A stretch of 64,000 nucleotides of DNA, from the NCBI RefSeq assembly GCF_009914755.1, contig NC_060939.1. One strand, 5' to 3'. Shown in pieces: positions 50,546 through 64,000 of the stretch (the stretch's first letter is position 1; each line of letters opens with the position of its first letter). Source of the DNA: the human T2T-CHM13v2.0 reference genome, Homo sapiens. The translations under genes and the position numbers were made by a program. The notes beneath the pieces were generated by a model, which ran no database searches, was not told the DNA's origin, and worked only from the letters and a program-made list of their open reading frames with translations.

Positions 50546-51055
50546 TTTGAACATTACAAAATTGGCAAAGAATAACTGATTTTATTAAATCATATTTCAT
50601 TTGAAGTAACGTGGGTCTACTTTGCAGTATTTTTCCCTATTTACATGATTCATAAGAAGAGTGATCATGAGATAGTCAACAATATAACAGCTTGGAATGA
50701 GATTTTTGATCAGCTATAATTGTAATGTATTTTATCTAAATATTATTTAACTGTATTAGTAACTGTGATCATTAAGAACAGAAACAAAAGGTAAGCAAGT
50801 CCTTAGATTAACATGAAACAACATTCCTGCCTTTTGAAAGAAACTTTTCTGACCTGTAAGTAAATGATGTAAATCAATTAATAGCTTAACTGAAATTAAG
50901 AGATGAGTCTCAGCTTTCATTGCCTATATTATATCTGTGTTTCTGGAGAAACAAAAAAACAGTATGACAAACCTACAGTCTGCTAGTTTCTTCTCACCCT
51001 GCCAACAACTGTTATATTACTGTTTAGCTGGTTATGTGCAACCATTTGTTCAGGA

Positions 51056-51261
51056 TTGTTTTGTTTTGCTTAGTTTTACTTTTTAAGGCAGAGTCTTGCT
51101 CTGTTGCCCAGGCTTGAGGTCTATGAGTTACACTCAGGGTCACGTGGTCAACGAGATGTAATCACAGCTCACTGCAGCCTTAACCTCCTGGGCTCACGTG
51201 ATCCCCCTGCCTCTGCTTCCTCAGTAGCTGGGACTACAGGTGCATGCCACGACACCCGGCT
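51056..51261 (-). mobile_element. Old Alu monomer (AluJ right arm/FRAM-like) with a ~40-bp foreign insert
   Basis: gagtcttgctctgttgcccaggct [insert] atcacagctcactgcagccttaacctcctgggctca...gtagctgggactacaggtgcatgccac. Confidence 0.8.
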
Positions 51262-51477
51262 TGTTGAGCAGAGTTTTGATGAAAATCATTCATCCCTTCT
51301 TAATCACAAACAGTGAAACCTTAGAAAATGTAATTAGAGAGAAAAATAACATTTTGCACCAAGCTAATTGTATCTTTACCTTTTATTAGTTGGTTTCAGG
51401 ATTGGTACTTGTTGATGGTTCTGTTTTGGAGTGTGCGTTCCCTGGGTTTAACTCCTTGCAGCACACTTTATATACGT

Positions 51478-51565
51478 TGTGTGGCCTTACTTGAGTAACT
51501 TAAGTTGCTTAACTTCTCCAGATCCCAGATTCTCAACCTGTAGAATGGAAGTAATTATAATACAA
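51478..51565 (+). mobile_element. MIR fragment
   Basis: aagttgcttaacttctccagatcccagattctcaacctgtagaatggaagtaattataatac resembles the MIR core. Confidence 0.55.
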
Positions 51566-51572
51566 ACATTAT

Positions 51573-51965
51573 GTGGTGGGTTAGTCCAGGTCCTCCAAGA
51601 GGTAGATGTTGAAAACGAGTTAAACACAAGAGGATTTTATTAAGGGAAATCCCTGTGAGAGAAAATGGAGAGGAAGCTGAGTAAGCCTGGAAGAGGTCTC
51701 AGCTATGAGGCAAGTCTGACCTAGAATGAAGGAAAGAGGAAAGGAAGGTTGAGTGGAAGCATTGGAGCGTAATGTACAGTCTAAGGAAGGGTGAGAAAAG
51801 GCTTCAGGGAATCCTGAGCCAAGACTGGTCCTCAGAGAAGCCCTGTGTCTCCTAAAGAGGGATCTGCATTAGCCACCCTGTGGGCCTCAGTCATTGACTG
51901 AGGGGCAGATGCAGAAACAGATTTTAGAGTGAAGCAGCAAGTGGCCGTAGGCAGTTAGGCTTCCC
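51573..51965. mobile_element. Old ERVL/MaLR-type LTR fragment (subfamily unsure)
   Basis: ttagtccaggtcctccaagaggtagatg...ggattttattaagggaaatccctgtgagagaaaatggagagg...gcaagtctgacc. Confidence 0.45.
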
Positions 51966-51987
51966 ATACTTTGAGGTCTATGAGTTT

Positions 51988-52750
51988 ATTTATTTATTTA
52001 TTATTTATTTATTTAAATTATACTTTAAGCTCTGGGTTACATGTGCGGAACTTGCAGTTTTGTTTCATAGGTATACACATGCCATGGTGGTTTGCTGCAC
52101 CCATCAACCCGTCACCTACATTAGGTATTTCTCCTAATGTTATCCCTCCCCTACACCCCCACACCCCACAGGCCCCAGTGTGTGATGATCCCCTCCCTGT
52201 GTCCATGTGTTCTCATTGTTCAACTCCTGCTTATGAGTGAGAACATGCGGCGTTTGGTTCTCTGATCTTGTGATAGTTTGCTGAGAATGATGGCTTCCAG
52301 CTTCATGCATGTCCCTGCAAAGGACATGAACTCATGTCCTTTTTTATGGCTGCATAGTATTCCATGGTGTATATGTGCCACATTTTCATAATCCAGTCTA
52401 TCACTGATGGACATTTGGGTTGGTTCCAAGTCTTTGCTATTGTGAATAGTGCCACAATAAACATACGTGTGCATGTGTCTTTATCGTAGAATGATTTATA
52501 ATCTTTTGAGTATATGCCCAGTAATGGGATTGCTGGGTCAAATGGTATTTCTAGTTCTAGATCCTTGAGGAATTCACACACTGTCTTCCACAATGGTTGA
52601 AGTAAATTACACTCCCACCAATAGTGTAAAAGCATTCCTATTTTTCCACAACCTCTCCAGCATCTGTTGTTTCCTGACTTTTTAAGGACTGCCATTCTAA
52701 CTGGAGTGAGATGGTATCTCATTGTGGTTTAGATTTGCATTTCTCTAATG
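51988..52750 (-). mobile_element. 5'-truncated L1PA (about L1PA6-8) with 14-bp TSD
   Basis: Reverse ORF 52303..52722 is the L1 ORF2 C-terminus ([11 protein letters not shown]...KDTCTRMFI); (TTTA)n tail; TSD aggtctatgagttt at 51974-51987 and 52752-52765. Confidence 0.95.
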
Positions 52751-52992
52751 CAGGTCTATGAGTTTCTTATTCATGGTCACTAAAAGATGTTTATCATGAA
52801 TTGAAATCTCCAGATAAGAGTAAAGCAATGCCTAATTCATAGTTACGCACTTATCAATTTATTTATTCATATTATTCATTATCATTATGAATATTCAACA
52901 CATTAATAAAAGAGTCACATGTGCAATCTACTTGGGGTATTGGGAGAGTAAAGAATAACATAGTGGTGCTACAGGTAATTTAAGAGATGGTT

Positions 52993-53016
52993 TCTCTCTC
53001 TCTCTCTCTCTCTCTA

Positions 53017-53064
<48 letters not shown>
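52993..53064. repeat. Compound microsatellite (CT)n(GT)n(AT)n
   Basis: Seen directly. Confidence 0.95.
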
Positions 53065-53069
<5 letters not shown>

Positions 53070-53077
53070 CAAAGGTA

Positions 53078-53618
<541 letters not shown>

Positions 53619-53926
53619 TGTTCCACTTCTTAAAACTGGTCACTGGAAGTACATCGTCTTGGGAAGAACTGGATATTTCTTGAAACCCCTTTCATATAGC
53701 CATATTCTCAAACATAGAACCTTCTTTTATTTTTTTCAAAGATTTTTTTCCATTACTGTAGAAAATTCAGAGGGTGTTTATGGATAGTGCAGTACTCCGC
53801 TCAAATACAGGGAACGAAAGTTACATTAAAATGATAATATTTTTTGCTGAAAAGTATTATGATATTTAATGTAAGCAAACAAATGACTCAGGTGATAGTG
53901 TTTTGTTTTCATTTTTTAAATGCCTT

Positions 53927-54442
<516 letters not shown>

Positions 54443-55440
54443 AGTGGAGAGTCTTCAACATTCAGGGTGGAATCTTCAGGGTGTGGCCCTCTATCCATTG
54501 CTTTCCAACGTTTGTACTCTCTGCTTTGTGAATAGAGGCCTGTTCTCCCTGTCTGCCTTGTTCACGTACCTTTGCCGTTTTCCTTGCTGGGATGACATCC
54601 TTTGCCCTGAAGTTCTCATTAACCATACCATAGATGTCCTCTTCTTACCTCAATACATCCAAGGCTACCTCAAGTTATAACTTCTCCTTTAGTTTTTCCC
54701 TAGTGTCTGAGTTCAAATGGGCTTCTCTATATCCAGAATATCTACCACCTGTCTTATCTTTCCTCACACGTGGCACGTGCAGTTCCTTCCATCTACTTTC
54801 ATAATGTTGTATTTTAACGGTTCAGTTGTGTTTATATTACACTCTTCTGTCAGGCAAACAAGGGTATTTATATGGCTGAAATCTACGGTATTTTTTAAAT
54901 GTAGTAAAATGTAATGAATAAGCATACAAATGAATGAGTTAATTAATCTGTTATATTCTTGGTTAAGTAATGAGCATTATGAGGACAAAAATTGAGTCTT
55001 ACACCTTCTTATAATCCTAAAGACCTAGTACAGGACTTGGAATATAGCATTCACTTAAGACATCTTTGTGACTAATGAATTTAAATATTTTTATTAATTC
55101 TAAGTTGACGTATGATTGTAATTTGGGGAAGGTAGTGAAATTTCAAATGGCTTTCACCACCTGTGAAATGACCCTTTTTACCTACCACATGATTTACCAG
55201 ATCTTTGTTTAGGTGAACCTAGGCGAAAGCAGATTGTTTCCTCTACTTAGGAAATACTTCGCACATTTTCGTTGCTTATAAATTTGATGATTTTAATTTG
55301 TACAGTTATAATTTATGATATTGACTTGTACAGTTATATATATTTTACATATAATATATATTATATATTATATATAGTTATACTATATATAATTTTATTT
55401 TCTAAAGTAAAGAATATCATTACACATTAACAAAATAGAT

Positions 55441-55667
55441 ATAACTGTTTTCTTTCTACTATTTGTTACTGGTGTATACTGCAAATCCCTAATGGATACT
55501 GAAATTCTTATCTCTAAGCCCCTCTATGACTATGAAAAGAAATGGGTTCAAGTTTATTTTAAAAATCAAAGAGTGTATTAATAATATTATTGTTATCATG
55601 TCCAATTGATACTATCATTATTAAAAAGTTTAATCACTTATTTCTTGAAGGACCTAATTAGGAAATA
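55441..55667 (+). repeat. Copy 2 of the diverged ~230-bp direct repeat
   Basis: Colinear with 53078-53305. Confidence 0.9.
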
Positions 55668-55679
55668 TATATGTGTGTG

Positions 55680-56500
55680 TATATCTATATTCTATCTATA
55701 TATATCCTATATCTATATTCCATATATATTCTGTATCTATATTCTATATCTGTATTCTACATATATTCTATATATAGTCTATCTATATTCTATCTATATC
55801 CTATATATAGACTATCTATATCCTATATATAGTCTATATATATTCTATCTATATCCTATATATAGTCTATATATATTCTATCTATATCCTATATATAGTC
55901 TATATATATTCTATCGATATCCTGTATATAGTCTATATATTTTCTATCTATATCCTATATATAGTCTATATACTCTATATATCTTATATAGTCTATATAT
56001 ATTCTATATATATCCTATATAGTCTATGTATATTCTATATATATCCTATATAGTCTATGTATATTCTATATATATCCTATATAGTCTATGTATATTCTAT
56101 ATATATCCTATATAGTCTATGTATATTCTATATATATCCTATATAGTCTATGTATATTCTATATATATCCTATATAGTCTATGTATATTCTATATATATC
56201 CTATATAGTCTATGTATATTCTATATATATCCTATATAGTCTATGTATATTCTATATATATCCTATATAGTCTATGTATATTCTATATATATCCTATATA
56301 GTCTATGTATATTCTATATATATCCTATATAGTCTATGTATATTCTATATATATCCTATATAGTCTATGTATATTCTATATATATCCTATATAGTCTATA
56401 TGTATATTCTATATAGTCTATATATATTCTATATGTGTATCCTATATATATTCTCTATACATATTCTATATATATATACACACACACACACACACATATA
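55680..56500. repeat. AT-rich minisatellite, 31-bp unit atatcctatatagtctatgtatattctatat, ending in (CA)n
   Basis: cc dinucleotide recurs every 31 bp from 56014 to 56386 (12 identical units); degenerate units on both sides. Confidence 0.95.
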
Positions 56501-56903
56501 TAGTAGCCTGATATTTAAAAAATAAGATTGGGACTGCGTAAAATAAGCTCACCCAGACAATAGGGGTACAGACATATGTATAATTCAGCAAGAACTGGTA
56601 ACAAAGTGAGATATGTCAACTCTTTGTAGCATATTGTTAAGTAGTATTAAAAAACAAGTAATTTTTGGTTGGGTCCATTGAGAGAATAACATTATTTTTA
56701 GAATGATCTAATGGCACAATAAGCATTTTAGCATTTTACCTGCAAAAGCATTATAGCTGTGCCAGTTTCTGTTCCAAGAAAAAAATACATTGGTGTATTC
56801 TCTAAAGGAGGAAATTCTGACCTCAACTATGTTCAGATAGCTGTGGCAGATAATACTCTGATCAGGTACTAAGTCATATATCTTTCACATTTCCCTTTGC
56901 TAG

Positions 56904-57024
56904 TTATACTCAGCATGTGGTTGGAAATGGAATCAAAGCCCAGTCTGGAAATCCTGAAGTCAAAGTCAAAGGAACTGATCCTGTGATAAATCAGATTATT
57001 GATAAACTGAAGCATGTTATTCAG
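56904..57024 (+). pseudogene. GPC5: Isolated glypican-5 exon (exon 6-like, 121 bp); probably a duplicated GPC5 fragment
   Basis: Acceptor ttttcacatttccctttgctag-like polypyrimidine tract ending ag at 56903, donor cag|gtaagt; frame from 56905 reads YTQHVVGNGIKAQSGNPEVKVKGTDPVINQIIDKLKHVIQ, matching recalled GPC5 YTQRVVGNGIKAQSGNPEVKVKGIDPVINQIIDKLKHVVQ. Pseudogene versus true-locus status is inferred. Confidence 0.85.
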
Positions 57025-59093
57025 GTAAGTCCTGATCCTATATTTTTTGGTATAGCCAATAATAAATAATAAGTGGTCACTTTCTGTTATACTTGATAAA
57101 TTTGTTAACCCTATCAGGTAATCCTGCCTAAAATATTGTAACACATTATTTGTATCAGGACTTTTGGGAATATTTAGTTTAATGATTTTTGTATGCAGTC
57201 AATATGCAGTGGTATTTTAATGTTGGACAATCTGTATATGTGAAAAGCAAGCCTCAGCCTCAGCATTTCAATAATGAGAATCTCAGGACATGCATTGTCT
57301 TCAGTGAATAAGTTTGAACGTGGGAATCACTGTGACCATTAAAGAAAACACATAGAAGACCATAGAAGATGCCAGAGTTTTCTTTCAGGTAATTCTCTGA
57401 ATGTTGCTATGAAGGTTTTTGCAGCATTTCAATACAAATTAGGTCATAGATGAATAATATGTACTTCTAATATTTATTTCCTATATCACCTTTTATATGT
57501 TATCTTATAATCTACCTAATGGTTGTTTATGAAATACTTCTGTTTTATCTTCAATAATATTTTTCATCAAGTGAGTGTGTATTGCTGTTTTTAATACATG
57601 ACAAATGAAGCATGAACATATTTATCAAAATAATATTTCATTGAAATAGTCTATTAATTAGAACCAAACATGATGTTGCATGTTGTAAATATTACTCTGC
57701 ATTCTGCATCTATTGATGTTTGGGGAAAGAAAGGCTATTTTTTTTTTTAGTTAATAGTCATTTTATAAAAATTTATATTTGAATATACTTTCATTTTTCC
57801 TAAGCAGAACTTTGCATGGCTAGTTGATGCTTATTTCTAGTATCGTGCATCAGAAACAATACCTAAATAGTACAGAGTTTTTATTGCATACAACATATTC
57901 CAGAGTCAGTAGTAGGCTTCTCATAATTGTTCTGCAAAGACAAAGCTTAAGTTTATGCAGAGCCAATTCCTGGGTTTCCATTTTTCACGAGTCCCTATCT
58001 CTCAAGGAGAGGATATGTAAGAAGGACTTGGGGGTTGGTGTCCAATACCATAGACTTCTCCCTTCTGTGAGGCAACAATGCTTATTCTACCATTGATACC
58101 TATAGAAAACAGCTCTCACCCTGGCTGGCAAAACCAAAAATAAATTCTATTGGAAAAGTCTAAGAGAAAAGTGGTATCATGACTACTGATGAGTTAAACC
58201 TTCCAGCCTCTGCTGAGCTGGTCCAGTTGGTACCTCACAGTATCGTCCACTGTAGTATAATATGTACAGCTAGATTATTTGAAAATTCGACCGCATAATT
58301 GATAATAAAACCAAAAGAGCTTTAATATTAATGTTCTCTCATTGAGGAGTGAGTACAATCTCACTGTGAGGACACAGTGAAATCTTAGGGGTTTCTTAAG
58401 TGGGGTAAGCATTCCACAGAGGATGGAGGAAGAAAAACTAGAACTTAAATATATATTTATTCCGTCTCATTCTTTTATATTTCTTTGGTTGTAGTAAGGT
58501 ATATAAAATATGTAATGTATTAGTGCAATAGCATATACATATAATTTATAAATACATAAATATACATATTAACTGGACATTTGTTCAGATTGTTTTTCTA
58601 AGATATATACATGATGAAAGCAGAACAGAAACCCTGTTACAGATAATAAGGATAGAGCTGTTCCATGAGAAGTGCAGTTATAAGAAAACACATTCACAGA
58701 GGAACACATAGATACCCAAGATAGAAAGGATTATAAAAACCCTTAGGAGGAGGGCTCATATATTTATTACCCATTCAGCAACCCCCCTCCCCATTTCTTG
58801 TTTTGTAGGTTTCAAAGCCTTTTCAAGGTGGCAGAGGGAAGTCATCCTGCCTTTCTTTTTTAGCTTCTGTGTGAACTTGAGTCCCATTCTTTATTCTTTA
58901 TAGGAGTGTGCAGATCTCCAATTATTCATGCTTAAGTTTCATTCTGGGGTTGCAAGAGAATATCAAATGCAGTGCTACCTTTGAGGTCTATCATTTTAAG
59001 ATCTGCTAGATTTATATGATAGAAATGTAGATTTTTATAGAGGACAGCAGAAAGTCATAACTTGCACAGGTGTCACTGAAAATTTACCTTTAA

Positions 59094-59626
<533 letters not shown>

Positions 59627-59997
59627 TAAGGAGTAGGGCCATGGAAGATGTCAACATAGGAATAGGTTTCAGATTCTAAACTGTAGATTTAGATGATCAC
59701 TTCTTAGTGTTTGTATAAAATTTACTTTATTTTTTATTATAACATGAAGTTCGCTTTCCACCTTTATACTATGAAAAATGCCGTGTCTCACAATAGGGAC
59801 ATACCTGTGTTAAAGTATATGGAAGTAAATCAGCCACAATAGCAAACATTGCCTGCATGGACTCACCCAAAAATGCCTTTCTCGGCCTGCCATTGATCTG
59901 AACCTCATTTCTACCTTGCATTGTCTGCAATTAGAGTCACTAAGGAAGTAGATAAAGATTTTTACTTGGAAAATGTCACTTTTTAATGTTTTAATAA

Positions 59998-61335
<1,338 letters not shown>

Positions 61336-61550
61336 AGGTTGTCACCTTTCCTTTAGAGTATAAATTCACACCAAAACTATTGGTGGAGATGATAGGACAA
61401 GGGAATCATACAAAAAAAATTGTACTGCAAAAAGCTATGAATGAATAAAACATTTTATTAAATGTATTTGGCACCTTGTATATACCTAGTTGATCTAGGA
61501 CAGAGAAGATACTTAGTAACATTCATTTTTTCTTACTGTAAGAATAATGA

Positions 61551-61645
61551 CCCAGGAGGCGGAGGCTGCAGTGAGCTGAGCAGGCCACTGCACTCTAGCT
61601 CTAGCAGACAGAGTGAGACTCCGTCTCAAAAAAAAAAAAAAAAAA
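61551..61645 (+). mobile_element. Heavily 5'-truncated Alu with poly(A) and 11-bp TSD
   Basis: cccaggaggcggaggctgcagtgagc...gagactccgtctc-A tail; TSD aagaataatga at 61540-61550 and 61646-61656. Confidence 0.88.
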
Positions 61646-62481
61646 AAGAATAATGAATGCTCATCAGAGGGAATTGAATTTTATTATTCTAGGAAATCTG
61701 ATGGAAAAAGTGAAAAATAAATATTGATACCATTTATAAAACAATGAAAAGACTTATAAGAGAAGCCATCTAGGCTTTTCTCTATACTTAATTATACATA
61801 TAAATACATCAGTACTTTACTTCAAAAAATAAGATCATAGGGTACATTTGATTTTATGATCTGAACTGCTCACCTGACCACACAAAACAAATACTTTACC
61901 ATGACATTAAATAGTCTGCTCTCTGGTTGTTAGTGCTGGCATACTATTCTATCATATGGAAAAATTACAGTTTTCCTTCACCCAGTCACCGAAAGTTGGA
62001 TATTTAGGATGCGACCAGTTTTTCATGATAATAAAGACTAATAGGAATAGCAGTAGACATAAGATGTTTTTGGCATCTTTTTTTTCTTGTAATACGTTCT
62101 ACATATTGAAACTAATAATTGTATTTTGCTACATATTGCCACGTTTTTCTCAAGGAAAATTATAGCTAACAGAAAGTGTCAGCTTTCTCTGTGTGTTAAG
62201 GGTGTGGGTGGAAGCTCGGCAGTGACGCTGAGACATATTGGTATGGAACATCATTGGACTCTCTAGAGATCAAGGTAGCAGTCCTGTAGAAATGTTAGCC
62301 CGAGCTGTGTGTCACCTGGGAGTACTCCAAGGACGGCCAAAAGAAATATTTTAGTTAGAAGACAATTTATAAGAAAAGTTTAGAGGCTTCCTAGAGAGGT
62401 CATAGCATACACAATTTTATTTCATCCTTTAGGGCAAGCCGTATATATATGTTCTGCGCACATCTCCTCCTGCACCCTCCT

Positions 62482-62482
<1 letters not shown>

Positions 62483-62512
<30 letters not shown>
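62483..62512. repeat. Poly(A) tract, 30 nt
   Basis: Seen directly. Confidence 0.95.
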
Positions 62513-62516
<4 letters not shown>

Positions 62517-63712
62517 GAGATCTGATGTAAATAGATAGCTGTGAATTATAGCTTGGTCCTTAAGGAATATCTCAGAAACTTCAATGTTCCTTCACCCCCT
62601 CCGCAAACCCTTCTGAATTGAGAATGGGAACCTTGGCAACAGAGGGGAGTCATGCACCTCCCTTTTCCATCTGTGACTCTGGCATCTTCCTCCAGGTCAG
62701 CCATGGTGCAAACTCTCACAGTTACTTTCTGGCAGTTTCCTGCATTCCAAACCTGTTTCTGAAATGGGCAATATTTGTCCCCTTGAAAATCACCTGTGAT
62801 AAATGTGGTATAGCCCACGGCCAGTGAAAATTTTCCTACAGGGAGACATATTCCTAAGTGTTAACATTAACTTTTTCAGATGTTTGAGTCAGACTCAATT
62901 GCCCTTTCATATTATAGATTGAAAACAACACTTGGTTGATGTTAGTATATCTGATTGAGGAAATATGAGAGCCTTTTTAATTTAGATTTGCTCGCCTAGA
63001 AAACTCACTTTGAAACTTCTTGGTCATGTTATGTTTGCTTATGGCAAAGTTATCAGCAAAAAAGTCACTGTTATGCAGCAATTTATCTTTAAACACTAAA
63101 TGACATCTATCATTTTTCAAAGAAAATAGTGTCAGCAGTTAAAATCCTAACTGCTTGAGCACTGTTAGTTGACAATTATAATGCCCCATTGCTTAGAAAT
63201 TAATTGACCTACTTTCAATAAGAAACATAAAAAGTAATATCACAGCAATTTTCTGGATCTATTTTATTCCAAAACCAATAAATGTTACAGTGTTGTTAAA
63301 AGTAATAGATTTAAAAACATTTTATTTTCTTAAACTTAACAATTCAAATAACATAAAATAATATTACGTTTCTATTAAGTATTCATTTTTATACAGACCA
63401 AAAGTTCTTTAGAAAATGTCTTCATGTATAATATAAATTTGATTTTTAGATGTGAGAAAAGCAACAATCATAATCGTTGCCTAAATCCACAAAATAAGTA
63501 GATATTCTATAATATGTATTTCAGTAATCACAATGTATTGGATTCAGGCAGAGATGAGAGACACTCTGATTTTAGCAGAAAAAGACTGTGTTAAATTACC
63601 TCTTTGCCTTTTCTCACTCTGTTCCTAGGATAGCAATATAATAAATAGTAACTTTAGAACTGGGATACACTGAGAAAATGTCCTAATTTAAATCTCAATA
63701 GATGATTACACA

Positions 63713-63743
63713 GGTAGTGTTTACACACACACACACACACACA
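63713..63743. repeat. (CA)n microsatellite
   Basis: Seen directly; the pure run spans about 63723-63743. Confidence 0.85.
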
Positions 63744-64000
63744 ATGACAGGAGTTTTTAAAGATATTAGTATCTCGGAATTTTTGAATTCTGAAAACTGT
63801 CCAAGCTTTTATCATTAAATCACTTGTTATGAAACCCATTTTAGAAACACGCTTTCCTATTTTTAATAGCCTATGATAGTCATACAGAATGAGTTAATCA
63901 AAATTGATTGGTCAATTGCTAATTGCAAATTCTTTGACCGTAGCATGTCAGCTGATTCTATGAACTTCTACAGACTCTTTCCCTTGGTCCGGGAGTTGCC

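Noticed and set aside
55606-56022. 138-aa Y/I/L-rich ORF
   Set aside because: Translation of the AT-rich minisatellite.

Overview
Primate (probably human) non-coding, repeat-rich genomic DNA; nothing prokaryotic, no CRISPR and no credible full-length CDS (the supplied ORFs are Alu, L1, LTR or low-complexity read-throughs). Bases 1-~37750 are the right end of a near-perfect tandem array with an exact 5700-bp period (about 6.6 copies visible). Each unit is built from decayed transposons: an Alu fragment, L2, MLT1 pieces, a three-AluY (-/+/-) cassette, an MST solo LTR, an L1 tail and an MLT1A-like LTR. Target-site duplications (TSDs) place the unit junction inside a chimeric Alu, so the array probably arose by Alu-Alu recombination. 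The flank (37.7-44.2 kb) holds further chimeric Alus and a second, more diverged copy of the cassette. The rest is intron-like sequence with one intact 121-bp exon matching glypican-5 (GPC5 exon 6-like, 56904-57024), apparently with three amino-acid differences from the human protein as I recall it, which suggests a duplicated GPC5 fragment. Repeat family and subfamily names come from recalled consensus sequences and need RepeatMasker confirmation. I see no convincing new biological system; the best candidate for an undescribed feature is the composite array and its reconstructable Alu-recombination history.
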